64,000 nt of DNA from Candidatus Babeliales bacterium (GTDB lineage Bacteria; Babelota; Babeliae; Babelales; JANWKD01): contig OY969622.1 in assembly GCA_963701665.1 (NCBI GenBank), positions 352,001-416,000 of the forward strand, written 5' to 3'. The position numbers and the translations under genes are program-made. Position 1 is the stretch's first letter, and each line of letters opens with the position of its first letter. The notes beneath the pieces are model-generated. The model had not been told where the DNA came from. It searched no databases and saw only the letters and a list, made by a program, of their open reading frames with translations. Below are positions 8,445-23,079 of the stretch, piece after piece.

Positions 8445-9950
8445 TTACTGCGACTGTGATACGTATATTTTATCAAATTCTTTCGCAGCATCGAGAAGTA
8501 ATGCATGATTCTTATCACTCAAATCTTTTGACGTAGCGATTGAATCATACACTTCGTGATATACCGATTTAACATAACTCAAAAATTGAAGAGCAAAAAG
8601 TTGCACGTCTTTGAGTGGAATAGGTGCCAAAATATTCTCACGCAGTAAGAATAATAAGACGGTTTCATCAATGAAGGAATACGTGATGTGTTGTGGCTGT
8701 TTGAGCAGTTCAACGGCAAGTGCGCCACGAGTAAGTCGTTTTTGAGAAATGATATCAAGTTCTGTGCCAAATTGTGAAAAATCAAGCAACTCATGATACT
8801 GAGCAAGTTCCAAGCGCAATGCTTTGGTAACTTTTTTAATTGCTTTTGTCTGTGCAGCACTGCCAACACGCGATACTGATAATTCTACGTTCACGGCCGG
8901 GCGAATGCCTTGGTTGAATAATTTTGTATCTAAGAAAATTTGGCCATCAGTGATCGAAATTAAATTTGTTGGAATGTATGCCGTGATATCATCACCTTGA
9001 ATTTGAACGATTGGCAATGCCGTCAATGAGCCGCCGCTCAACAATTTACCCGCACGTTCAAGTAAGCGCGAGTGCAAGAAAAATACATCGCCAGGATATG
9101 CTTCGCGTCCAGGTGGTCGGCGCAATAAGAGTGACATTTCACGGTAGGCGATTGCATGATTACTGAGATCGTCGTAGACCACTAACACATCTTGGCCGTT
9201 ATCACGGAAATATTCGCCAATTGTGCAGCCAACATATGGTGCTAAATATTGATTCAACACTGATTCAGCAGCATCTGCAGCAACAATGACGCAATATTCT
9301 AGGGCATTATGCTCTTCAAGAGTACGGATCATGCGCGCTAGATTTGCTTGTCGTTGGCCGATGGATACATAAATACAAAAAACATTTTTACCTTTTTGAT
9401 TCAAAATGGCATCAAATGCAAGTGCTGTTTTGCCGGTATTTCTGTTGCCAACGATAAGCTCACGTTGGCCTTTACCAATGGGAAATAACGCATCAACAAC
9501 GAGCGTTCCAGTTTGCAGTGGCTCATCGATCGGGCTGCGCTCGATAATGCCAGGAGCCATTGCTTCAACAGAGCGGAACTCGCTCGCAACAATGTCGCCT
9601 AAACCATCAATGGGGACACCAATTGCATTCACCGTGCGGCCTAAAAGGGTATTGCCAACAGGAATTTTGAAGACGCTGCCTGTGCGTTTTGCCACTTCAA
9701 GCTCAGCAACGGGAACCGCTGTATATAATAAGAAAATAGCAACGTAATCTTCTTCAAGGCTTAAAATAATTCCTTTATTGCCACCTTCAAATTCGATGAG
9801 TTCGCCATAGATTGCTTTCTTAAGGCCATAGACTTTCGCGATATTATCACCAACTTGAATAACAATACCAATCTCTTCTAAAGTGCCTTGAGGAGTACCT
9901 TGTAATGATTTTTCAAAAAGTGAAACGAGATCAGCACTTTTTATATTCAT
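8445..9950 (-). CDS. atpA: F0F1 ATP synthase subunit alpha
   Basis: GQRELIVGNRNTGKT, PPGREAYPGDVF, ITDGQIFL. Confidence 0.97.
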   Translation of the reverse strand: MNIKSADLVSLFEKSLQGTPQGTLEEIGIVIQVGDNIAKVYGLKKAIYGELIEFEGGNKGIILSLEEDYVAIFLLYTAVPVAELEVAKRTGSVFKIPVGNTLLGRTVNAIGVPIDGLGDIVASEFRSVEAMAPGIIERSPIDEPLQTGTLVVDALFPIGKGQRELIVGNRNTGKTALAFDAILNQKGKNVFCIYVSIGQRQANLARMIRTLEEHNALEYCVIVAADAAESVLNQYLAPYVGCTIGEYFRDNGQDVLVVYDDLSNHAIAYREMSLLLRRPPGREAYPGDVFFLHSRLLERAGKLLSGGSLTALPIVQIQGDDITAYIPTNLISITDGQIFLDTKLFNQGIRPAVNVELSVSRVGSAAQTKAIKKVTKALRLELAQYHELLDFSQFGTELDIISQKRLTRGALAVELLKQPQHITYSFIDETVLLFLLRENILAPIPLKDVQLFALQFLSYVKSVYHEVYDSIATSKDLSDKNHALLLDAAKEFDKIYVSQSQ

Positions 9951-9958
9951 GATAATCC

Positions 9959-10495
9959 TTATATCTCATTGTTTTTTAAAGCTCGTAATTGTTGAGCGAG
10001 CGAATATTCTAAAAGAAATGTGCTGCTTTGTGCGCGAATGCCAGCGATGAGTTCTTTATCTATTGTGGTAGTCGCTATGATCGAGCGGCCTGTTTTTGCG
10101 GCAAGATATTTTTTTACGCTATCAAGCTGATTATTTGATAAAGCCTGAGCACTTTTAATGGAAAATGGCATAATGCCATGCCGCTCTTGATAGAGCTCTA
10201 TAATGTTGTTACATACATCTGCAAGTAATTCAATTCTTTGATCTTCAAATAACAAATGCACTATCGGTGTTAGCGATGCAGGTATCTGTGCTGTGGCAAG
10301 AAAATGTTCTAGGCATTGCTTTTTTTGCGCCGGCGAAAGTGCAGGCACCATGAGTAAAACGAGTAATGAGTGGTGTTTTTGTATGTACGGGAGTGCTTTG
10401 ATAAGATCATCATAATCTTGGTTTGTGAATGAATTACTAAAAACGTTTAAAAAAGCAGTAGCATATTTTTTTGCAAGAATAGAACGGCTGTTCAT
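9959..10495 (-). CDS. atpH: ATP synthase subunit delta
   Basis: AKKYATA..IDKELIAGI motifs; immediately upstream of atpA. Confidence 0.9.
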   Translation of the reverse strand: MNSRSILAKKYATAFLNVFSNSFTNQDYDDLIKALPYIQKHHSLLVLLMVPALSPAQKKQCLEHFLATAQIPASLTPIVHLLFEDQRIELLADVCNNIIELYQERHGIMPFSIKSAQALSNNQLDSVKKYLAAKTGRSIIATTTIDKELIAGIRAQSSTFLLEYSLAQQLRALKNNEI

Positions 10496-10986
10496 GCATG
10501 ATCCTCGAGATGCTGAAAGAGTGTATCGATATATGCTTGCGCGCGTGCGGGATCTTGATACTGTTGTGTAAGTATTTCTTTCGTGTTTGTGATAATTTTA
10601 GGAATAGCATGGTGATATGCTTCCTTTTTTGCGCGATAGACTTCTTGTTGTTCTATTTTTTGTTCAAGAAGACGTTGCAGATGCTGATTATTTTCTCCTT
10701 GCTCGCGCATCTGTTTATTATGGGTAGTTGCCCATCCCTCAATTTTCTTTTGTAACACTTTCGCAATTAATGCTTGTTGAGCAATAGCAGTTTCTATATT
10801 TGCTTCCTGGTTTTGCAATCCTCGACGTTCATGTTCAAGGTTAGGAATGATGGCCTGGCGTTCACGCATTTTTTGATAGAGCTGTGCGAGCAGTTTTTTA
10901 TGAATATAATACCAACAGAGTGCTATGAAAATAGCAAAGTTAAGAACTTTGAATAGAGCGGTGATGAGCAACGCTTTATCACTCAT
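10492..10986 (-). CDS. atpF: ATP synthase F0 subunit b (divergent)
   Basis: N-terminal TM (KVLNFAIF) plus coiled coil; operon position. Confidence 0.75.
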   Translation of the reverse strand: MSDKALLITALFKVLNFAIFIALCWYYIHKKLLAQLYQKMRERQAIIPNLEHERRGLQNQEANIETAIAQQALIAKVLQKKIEGWATTHNKQMREQGENNQHLQRLLEQKIEQQEVYRAKKEAYHHAIPKIITNTKEILTQQYQDPARAQAYIDTLFQHLEDHA

Positions 10987-11332
10987 GAGTAAGCCTTGCT
11001 ACTAACGCGTGAGCAACTTCTTTTGTATCAATGTTGATAGCAGGATGAACGCGCGTTTTGTGTGCGAGGGTGATTGATTGGCGAATCTCGTGATCAACGC
11101 GTGGTATTGTTTGAGCAAAACTAATTTGAAATTCACGCCATTGTTCATGCTTGAACTGTTCCTTCATGCCTACCCGCTCTTGAGCCTGTTTTAAGAGATC
11201 TTGGTGTTCTTTTTTTTCATTGAGGTCATTCATCATAGCGCGTGTCCATGGTTTGATCAACAAACGTTCAAGAATAATAAAACCAATGATGATGTGAATG
11301 ATCTGGACAAAAAAAGTGGCATTAAAATTCAA
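10979..11332 (-). CDS. ATP synthase F0 subunit b' (divergent)
   Basis: NATFFVQII..LLIKP TM segment; lies between atpE and atpF. Confidence 0.7.
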   Translation of the reverse strand: MNFNATFFVQIIHIIIGFIILERLLIKPWTRAMMNDLNEKKEHQDLLKQAQERVGMKEQFKHEQWREFQISFAQTIPRVDHEIRQSITLAHKTRVHPAINIDTKEVAHALVARLTHE

Positions 11333-11343
11333 TTGTGGGACCT

Positions 11344-11592
11344 TTAGCGATTAAAAAAGATAAGGATCAAAGCAATAAGAAGTGCATATAATGCTGAAGA
11401 TTCCACAATAGCTAATGCCATAAACATTGTTTTAGTAATGTTATTAGCGCTTTCAGGGTACTTACCTATGTTCTTACATGCTTCAGCGCCGATTAATCCC
11501 TGGCCATACGCGGGCGCAATACAACCGATTCCCATAACAAGTGCCGCCCCGATCGAAGCTGCCGCTTTGACAATATAGATTCCGTCTTCCAT
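11344..11592 (-). CDS. atpE: ATP synthase F0 subunit c
   Basis: Two TM helices, KYPE loop, ESSALY. Confidence 0.95.
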   Translation of the reverse strand: MEDGIYIVKAAASIGAALVMGIGCIAPAYGQGLIGAEACKNIGKYPESANNITKTMFMALAIVESSALYALLIALILIFFNR

Positions 11593-11805
11593 GATCGTTC
11601 CCCACTGTAGTAATATGATTTGATAAATTTATTTTAGTTTAACTCTCTTTTTTGAATTTTTACAAGGATGATACAGCATTTTTTTCAAATTATAAGCAAA
11701 AATGGCATAATTGTAGGGTTTAAAGCTATTTTTGGTAAGAAAGTTCGAATTTTTCAGATATTGAGCTACTATTGGGGAAGCACACCAAAAAGAAAGGAAT
11801 AAGCG

Positions 11806-12198
11806 ATGAAAAAAGTCATATATGTTTGTATACTGCTAGCTTCATTTTCCTCTGCTCTTTATGCAATGGAAGATGCCTTATCGGTCGAACTACAGGCGCA
11901 AAAAGCATTTGCTGAGGAAAGAGCAGCTAATAAAAAGACAATTGAGGATCTGAAAAAACGTGTCGCAGCAATGGAAAGGCTGCAAAAATCTATTATTGTC
12001 CATGACCAAATGCAATTAAAAACCTATAGAAAATATGCACGTGACTTAGACCCTAATTATGTGTTGCCCAATGGTGAATTTAATGTGGGATACTATGAAG
12101 CAACAAAGGAGAAGCAGGCGAAAGAGAAGAAATGGGCGGTAGAAAAACTTGAGCACGTATTAGTACTAGCGCAGAATATGGAAAACACAAAGAAATAG
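11806..12198 (+). CDS. Hypothetical secreted coiled-coil protein
   Basis: AAGGA RBS; signal peptide LYA|MED; paralogous to the next gene. Confidence 0.8.
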   Translation: MKKVIYVCILLASFSSALYAMEDALSVELQAQKAFAEERAANKKTIEDLKKRVAAMERLQKSIIVHDQMQLKTYRKYARDLDPNYVLPNGEFNVGYYEATKEKQAKEKKWAVEKLEHVLVLAQNMENTKK

Positions 12199-12241
12199 AT
12201 GCCATAATAGTTAAACATCAATAAAACGAAAGGAATTATCA

Positions 12242-12895
12242 ATGAAAAAATTTGCAAAAGTTTGTGTATTATTTGTATCTTCATCTGTTCTTTATGGCAT
12301 GGACAGTATATCTCGAGATCTTTCCGAGCTGGAAAAAAGCCTTATGAAAAGCGAAATTGATGAGCTGAGAGAACGTATTGAAATGGTAGAGAAGCACCAT
12401 AAAGATATCATGAATATATTACGTGGTCGGCCAGAACTGGTTATTATGAGTGAGGTGCTTCAAGTTATACCGGATGAAAAAAGAACACCAGCCCAAAAGC
12501 AACTTGCAGTTTTTAGAAAATTTGCCAGAGACATGCATCGCGATTATGTACTGCCTACTGGTGAATTTAATGTAGAATTCTATCTAGAACGCAAAGAAAG
12601 AATTAGAAAGTCAAAACTATATAAAGATCTTGCGGAAAATTTAGATGGATATATAGATAGAAAAAAGAAAGAATTAGTTGTAGAGGAAGCAGAAGAAAAG
12701 AGGCAGCCGGACGTCGACGCATTTAAAAAAGCTGAAGCAGAGTACTACGAGGCAAAAAGGGTTAGAGAAACATTTTTAGCTACCAGACAAGAATACAAGG
12801 CAAATAGAAGTAGCAAGAAGAGAAGCCAAAGCGATTCTGGCCCGCGAAGCCCTCGCTACCTATGTAGCAGCGAGAAACAACATAAAGATAACTAG
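12242..12895 (+). CDS. Hypothetical secreted coiled-coil protein
   Basis: AAGGA RBS; signal LYG|MDS; shares the RKxARD..YVLPxGEFNV motif with 11806. Confidence 0.8.
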   Translation: MKKFAKVCVLFVSSSVLYGMDSISRDLSELEKSLMKSEIDELRERIEMVEKHHKDIMNILRGRPELVIMSEVLQVIPDEKRTPAQKQLAVFRKFARDMHRDYVLPTGEFNVEFYLERKERIRKSKLYKDLAENLDGYIDRKKKELVVEEAEEKRQPDVDAFKKAEAEYYEAKRVRETFLATRQEYKANRSSKKRSQSDSGPRSPRYLCSSEKQHKDN

Positions 12896-12896
12896 G

Positions 12897-14498
12897 TTAT
12901 AACAGTATTTTAATAAACATCCACAAAGAATTTGCTGCAAAAATGCCAGACCAGAATGGATACTGGCCTTCTTTATCTTTAACAAAAACGCTCGACAAGC
13001 CGCCTAGAACGAGGGGGAGTGCAAGATTTGTCGGCATTAATAAGCCACCAAGCACCATGATTGCATTTATTTTTAATTCTTTGAGTATGGAAGCAAAAAG
13101 CGCGCCAAGAATGAGTGCATAATAATCAAATGATTGTACCATAACAAGCAACGCTCGCCCTCGGCTTCGTTGAGCAAGAAGTTGAGCGGATCCCAATCCT
13201 AAACGCGTGATGAGCAACCAGAAACACGCGCCAATTACGAGCGCACAGACGATGAGGCCAAGCCATTGCCAGCAACGAATCCTTTTTGATGGCAGCGAAC
13301 TTAAATAGCCCAATTTTCTGCCAAACAAAAGTTCAACGGCAATGCCGCCACAAATTTCAACAAACGTTGAAATAATCGTGATATGTACTGGATTGGAACC
13401 AAAAAACATCATCGCAGGAATCATGACGAAGGTGGCATAACGTGCCATTGGAGCGATACCGGCTTTTCCGCCAATAACAAGTAATTGATAGGTACATACT
13501 GCCGTTGCAAGTAAAAGATATACAAAAGCAAGCAGCGAAAATTCAAAATAATAAAAGAATGCATAGGAAATCAGTAAAAAAAGGCACCATTGTAGTAAGG
13601 TATTTTTTGTAAAATGCCCAAAAAAGTTTTCGGCATTCTTTTTTTCCTGTTTTGTTCCCCAAAGCCCTTTAAATGCTGAAGGAATTGTCAGAAAACTTAT
13701 CAAGGCACCATACGCAACCATACCGCTTGAAAAAGCAACTAAAAAGTCGTTGAAGGCAAGTTGCGTAAAGCATGCGGCATGAATAGGCAGGCATGCAAGA
13801 TTTTTTGCAAGAATGCCAATGCCAAGAGGAATTGCAATTGAGCGCCCTGCAATAAAACCAATTGCCCATAACATAGGTAGTTCTGCTAAGGAAATGGTAA
13901 GCGCAGGGATAGTGATCATGCGATATGATAATGATGGCAATAAGGTCATGCTTGATGGTATTGAGCGTATGAAACTAACAAGAACGCTATAAAGGAAGCT
14001 GATGACAAAACCAACAGAAAGTTGGCGTGTATTCTTGTGTGAATCTTGAGCAGCGATCATTTTATACGATAGCTCGCCAATGGGGAACGGCATTTTTTCT
14101 ATGACTAAACAACGGTTTTCAAAAAGGTTTGCAAGCAGAATGCCATAAAAACCTGCACAAAATACTAATGCACCCATCACGGCACAAAAAAAGAGTGGAT
14201 TGGCAACCCACGTAGCAAAAAGGTTTTTATCAAGGAAGTACAGGGTAGGAAATGCAAATGCGCACGCAGTTGCAACAATACCGCCCACGGATGCACCAAT
14301 GGTAACGAGTGCAATTGATTGATGGCGCGTGTTTACCGATATTGTGCGCGCGCAAAGGGCAAAAATGATGCTCGTACCTAACACAACCGTGGAATCAATC
14401 CATGGCCCCAGCATAACTGCCATTGCTATATAACTTAAAATTGCGGTGGAGGCGCATGAAAAAAGTATGGTAAGTAAAAGCGTTAGAAATGGTATCAT
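12897..14498 (-). CDS. OPT/YSL family oligopeptide transporter-like membrane protein
   Basis: Many TM helices and a KMPFPIG motif; GAGGA RBS before the ATG at 14498. Confidence 0.7.
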   Translation of the reverse strand: MIPFLTLLLTILFSCASTAILSYIAMAVMLGPWIDSTVVLGTSIIFALCARTISVNTRHQSIALVTIGASVGGIVATACAFAFPTLYFLDKNLFATWVANPLFFCAVMGALVFCAGFYGILLANLFENRCLVIEKMPFPIGELSYKMIAAQDSHKNTRQLSVGFVISFLYSVLVSFIRSIPSSMTLLPSLSYRMITIPALTISLAELPMLWAIGFIAGRSIAIPLGIGILAKNLACLPIHAACFTQLAFNDFLVAFSSGMVAYGALISFLTIPSAFKGLWGTKQEKKNAENFFGHFTKNTLLQWCLFLLISYAFFYYFEFSLLAFVYLLLATAVCTYQLLVIGGKAGIAPMARYATFVMIPAMMFFGSNPVHITIISTFVEICGGIAVELLFGRKLGYLSSLPSKRIRCWQWLGLIVCALVIGACFWLLITRLGLGSAQLLAQRSRGRALLVMVQSFDYYALILGALFASILKELKINAIMVLGGLLMPTNLALPLVLGGLSSVFVKDKEGQYPFWSGIFAANSLWMFIKILL

Positions 14499-14754
14499 GA
14501 GTTCCTCATTACTGCTTAAGAATGCATATACAATAATTGCCTTTAAGAATAGCACATTATAAAGACTTTTCTATTGATAGAAAATACATAATTTATGCTT
14601 TATGAATTGCGCGCGTTCTAAAAAAAATCCTTAAACTAGTGCATAATTTTTCACTATTTTTTCTAATAGAAACTAAATTGTTGCAAATATTTTTTGCGAT
14701 CTGTTACCCTTGAGGTAAGAACGATTGATAAAAATAATGAGTGAGGAGATAGTA

Positions 14755-15501
14755 ATGATTCTTAATATAAAAAGATATATGCTTCTGATGAGTATTCTTT
14801 TTGTAACCAATGTATGTTCTTATCAAGGTTTTTTGCGAAAAGATACTATTTCACCAAGAGTTTTAGTTAATGGTGGGTTTAAATCCAAATATAATACTGA
14901 ACAATACACAGTTTTTAGCCGTGCAATGGCAAATAATAAAGTTGAAGTTGTACAAAAATTGTTGGAAACCAAGGCGGTTAATGTTCCAATGGTTCTCGAT
15001 GCTATAGCAAAAGAGCATAATATGGTTATGCTTGAGCAACTTTTGCAGAAAGGTTGTATCAAAGGAGATTGCAAGCTTATCTGTAACGGCAAAAAAGTAT
15101 CATTGGTTGATTTTGTTATTTCGCAAAATATAGCGCTCAGTAATTTACCTGATTCAATGGTAGTAAGTATGGTAAAAAATGGTGCAAGTATTAACAGACT
15201 GATTGGCGATGAGCGTGTTACGCCGCTCTTTAAAGCTTTACAAGCAAAAAATGTACCATTGTTTGAAACGTTATTAACACAAGGTGCAGATCCTGCGTTA
15301 AAAAATAAAGATGGAAATTCAGTAGTAAGTTACCTAAAAGATAATATGAATACGAGTGAACAGTTTTGTTCAGCGCTCGTTTCGCATGGTTTTGATATAC
15401 AAAAAGCCGCTTTAGCCAAACGAGGGAGAAAATTCACCGTTGCTCGCAAAAAAATGAAACACTCGTGGGGCAAAAGCATGATGGCGCAAAGTTTTAATTA
15501 A
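14755..15501 (+). CDS. Secreted ankyrin-repeat protein
   Basis: TPLFKAL..LLTQGADPALKNKDG ankyrin repeat; signal peptide; GAGGAG RBS. Confidence 0.75.
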   Translation: MILNIKRYMLLMSILFVTNVCSYQGFLRKDTISPRVLVNGGFKSKYNTEQYTVFSRAMANNKVEVVQKLLETKAVNVPMVLDAIAKEHNMVMLEQLLQKGCIKGDCKLICNGKKVSLVDFVISQNIALSNLPDSMVVSMVKNGASINRLIGDERVTPLFKALQAKNVPLFETLLTQGADPALKNKDGNSVVSYLKDNMNTSEQFCSALVSHGFDIQKAALAKRGRKFTVARKKMKHSWGKSMMAQSFN

Positions 15502-15526
15502 CATTCTCTTTATAGCTACTGATTTT

Positions 15527-15559
15527 TAAAAGAGGAAGAGTAACATCTTCCTTTTTTTT
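15527..15559. terminator. Bidirectional terminator
   Basis: AAAAAGAGGAAGA-GTAACA-TCTTCCTTTTTTTT between convergent genes. Confidence 0.6.
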
Positions 15560-15568
15560 GTTTGTATA

Positions 15569-16657
15569 TTATGCTTGTGACCCTTGAGAAATTAAGAACG
15601 CTTCTATGAATGGCATTATGTCGCCATCAAGCACCAAATCTGGTTGTGGCGATTCGTAGTCAGTGCGATGATCTTTTACCATTTTATAAGGATGCAATAC
15701 GTACGAGCGAATTTGCGATCCCCACTCAATTTTTTGTTTCTGTACTGATGATGCTTTGGCAAATTCTTCTTCTTTTTGTTTTTGTACTAATTTTGCCATG
15801 AGCATTTTCATGGCTGTTTCTTTGTTTTGTAATTGAGAACGCTCGTTTTGGCATTGTACGACCGTGTTTGTTGGTATATGTGTGATGCGTACGGCAGATT
15901 CTGTTTTATTAACATGCTGCCCGCCAGCACCGCCGGCGCGGTAGGTATCAATACGTAAATCTTTTGGATCAATGGTTATGGCAACATCGGCAACTTCGGG
16001 CGTGACGCTTACTGCTGCAAATGAGGTGTGGCGTCGCTTATTAGCATCAAAGGGTGAAATGCGTACGAGGCGGTGAACGCCTTGCTCGCCTTTTAACAGG
16101 CCGTACGTTTTTTTGCCTTTTACATACACGGTCGCGGATTTAATGCCGGCGCCCTCGCCAACTTGGTAATCAAGAACGCTCGCATTAAATTTTTCCCGCT
16201 CGCAAAAGCGTACGTACATGCGCAACAAAATTTCGGCCCAATCTTGTGATTCGGTGCCACCCGCGCCAGAGTTTATAGTTAAAAAACACGCGGCATTATC
16301 TTGTGCCTCATGCAGCAAAAGATCGATTTTGAATTTTTTAATGTTGCGGCAGAGCTCCAGGACGTCCTGTTTAAGGGATTCTAGCTCGTTTTCATTCTGA
16401 GCAAAAAGCTCAATAAGATCATAAAGTTCCTTGTGGGTGCCGACAATATGATGGTAATGATCGCGCTGGAGTTTTATTTTTTGTAGCTCTTTGCTGATTT
16501 CAGCCTGCTCAGGGTGTTGCCAGAAATTTTCCTGCTTGCTGATAGTAGTAAGGTTCTGAAATTCCTGCTCTAGGTTAGCCGTTTGCCAGTATTCTTTAAT
16601 AACGCCTAAATCAGGTTCAGCATTTTTAAGATAGTCTTTTAATTCATCAATAAGCAT
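15569..16657 (-). CDS. prfB: Peptide chain release factor 2
   Basis: SPF tripeptide (RISPFD), GGQ motif, WGSQIRSY. Confidence 0.97.
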   Translation of the reverse strand: MLIDELKDYLKNAEPDLGVIKEYWQTANLEQEFQNLTTISKQENFWQHPEQAEISKELQKIKLQRDHYHHIVGTHKELYDLIELFAQNENELESLKQDVLELCRNIKKFKIDLLLHEAQDNAACFLTINSGAGGTESQDWAEILLRMYVRFCEREKFNASVLDYQVGEGAGIKSATVYVKGKKTYGLLKGEQGVHRLVRISPFDANKRRHTSFAAVSVTPEVADVAITIDPKDLRIDTYRAGGAGGQHVNKTESAVRITHIPTNTVVQCQNERSQLQNKETAMKMLMAKLVQKQKEEEFAKASSVQKQKIEWGSQIRSYVLHPYKMVKDHRTDYESPQPDLVLDGDIMPFIEAFLISQGSQA

Positions 16658-17340
16658 GCGCTAATGTTCCTTTATATAGAGTATATAAAGATACCATAAA
16701 AAATATGCTCAACCTAGAAATGAAAAATTACTAATTCAGGAATAGTGGCAAAAGATCATTAAATTTATCATTGGTCCCCATATTTAGGACCGAGTTTTAA
16801 GGCATATTGGAAAAGAGGTTACTAGGAGGCCGGTAGCGGATATGTTGTTGGAGATACATATAATTAAGGTAATTCAAAAGCCATGCTATGGAGGCAGCGC
16901 CGAGTAATCCAGTTAGTAATGAAAAATTTATAAAATTTAATTATAAAAAATTGACAAATGAAAAATATAGAATATAATAAAACTATATACTTTACAATCA
17001 GCAGTGCCAACAGGCTTATATGGGTAAGTTATTGAAATAGGTAGTCTATCCCACTTAATCAGGTTGGCCTTTTTATAATGAACTTTGTTAAGTTGATGGC
17101 CAAAAAGTAAGCTTCCTAAGACAAAGATTATTATTAAAAAAAGTGAAATTTCTGCACAAATACACTCAAGAATTTTATTAGCACAAAAGAAAATGAAGAA
17201 GAAAAGCGGAAAAGTTTTCATCTTCGCCGTTAATAATAATGCACTATTTGGGAGCTCTCTTCCAGAGCATTAATTGACAAGAAAAAGGGCTGTTTTTGCC
17301 ACAAAAACAGGAGGGTAAAAATACCTGTTTTTTTGGTGAA

Positions 17341-17401
17341 AAAAGTTTTTAAAAAAAAAAGAAAAAAAATTTGTTGACTTCGCATATAATACCTGTATAA
17401 T
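17341..17401 (+). promoter_or_regulatory. rrn promoter with A-tract UP element
   Basis: A-tracts, then TTGACT(17374)-N16-TATAAT(17396). Confidence 0.7.
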
Positions 17402-17559
17402 TTGTTTTGTATTTGAAAAATAAATCGCAAACGAAATCAATGCATCGTGCATCAAGCACTTAGCTTTTTTGTCTGAAAATTTTGATTTCTTTGAAATTCA
17501 CGAGAAATCCTAAAAATTCGCTTATGAGTCTTACGAAAGTATATCTTTATCATAAATTT

Positions 17560-19104
<1,545 letters not shown>

Positions 19105-19249
19105 GAGGGAGAAAAGTGATTCAAGAGCTTCGGCTCTTTGATCTTTAAGGTGTAAATTAAGAAACTTCCGTAAGATTCATAAGCGTAAAAATAATTACTA
19201 TATTAACGCGCGTCGCGTGTTGATAAAAAATAAACTAAGTATATAAAGC

Positions 19250-19326
19250 GGGCCTATAGCTCAGTTGGTTAGAGCACCCCGCTGATAACGGGGAGGTCAG
19301 TCGTTCGAGTCGACTTAGGCCCACCA
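19250..19326 (+). tRNA. tRNA-Ile(GAT)
   Basis: Cloverleaf, CCCCG-CT-GAT-AA-CGGGG, CCA end. Confidence 0.97.
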
Positions 19327-19400
19327 GATGTGGGTTAAGTTGCAAGATTGATCTGTTCCGCAGTGGTTGTTACTTACCAAGTTGCTTCTAGATTTTTCTA

Positions 19401-19476
19401 GGGGATGTAGCTCAGCTGGTAGAGCGTCCGTTTTGCACGCGGAAGGTCAGCGGTTCGATTCCGCTCATCTCCACCA
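19401..19476 (+). tRNA. tRNA-Ala(TGC)
   Basis: GGGGATGTAGCTCAG..TT-TGC-AC..CTCCACCA. Confidence 0.97.
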
Positions 19477-19613
19477 ATCTACGCCTGCATGGGGGAAAGC
19501 TTCGATGTGAAATTTGGCTTCGATTGGCTCCGCCAGTTGCTCTAAGGAATTGATGCGTAGATTGCCCGTCGTAGCTTGCCAAGCCGGAAGGCGTGGATAA
19601 GCGAAGACTGGGC
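19475..19613 (+). repeat. tRNA-adjacent structured repeat, copy 1
   Basis: CAATCTACGC..GCGTAGATTG followed by GCCCGTCGTAGCT..AGCGAAGACTGGGC; homologous to 42081-42226. Confidence 0.85.
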
Positions 19614-19744
19614 CCCGAATCTATCTTAGTGATTCTCGTGAAATAAAAAATTTCTTGTGATCTTTGAAATATTTGTAATATAAGCGTCTAGCAAATTCAA
19701 AAAGAATTTTAGTTATTTACTGATCATTAGTCATAAAAATTTGT

Positions 19745-22765
<3,021 letters not shown>

Positions 22766-22906
22766 CTTTTAACTTTTCTATGACTGTTGCAGATCGGTAG
22801 AGAAACTATAAAACCTAACGCTTATATTACAAATATTTCTCGCAAGAAAAAATTTGAAAAATTTGATCAACGTGGTATCTTGAATAAGAACCTTGATCTA
22901 AAAATT

Positions 22907-23022
22907 TCCTGGTGGAAATAGCTGTGGGGAAACACCCGTTCCCATCCCGAATACGGCAGTTAAGTCTACGGCGCTGATGATACTTGTCTGGTAACGGACT
23001 GGAAAAGTAGGTACTGCCAGGT
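22907..23022 (+). rRNA. rrf: 5S rRNA
   Basis: CCTGGTGG..CACCCGTTCCCATCCCGAA..AGTAGGTACTGCCAGG. Confidence 0.96.
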
Positions 23023-23029
23023 TTAAATT

Positions 23030-23065
23030 AAAGAGGCACTATTTAAAAATAGTGCCTCTTTTTTT
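23030..23065. terminator. rrn terminator (bidirectional)
   Basis: AAAGAGGCACTATTT-AA-AAATAGTGCCTCTTTTTTT. Confidence 0.9.
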
Positions 23066-23079
23066 CTTTTAAAACTTTT

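Noticed and set aside
16937..17455. Minus-strand Phe-rich ORFs upstream of 16S
   Set aside because: Products of A-tracts in the rrn promoter region.
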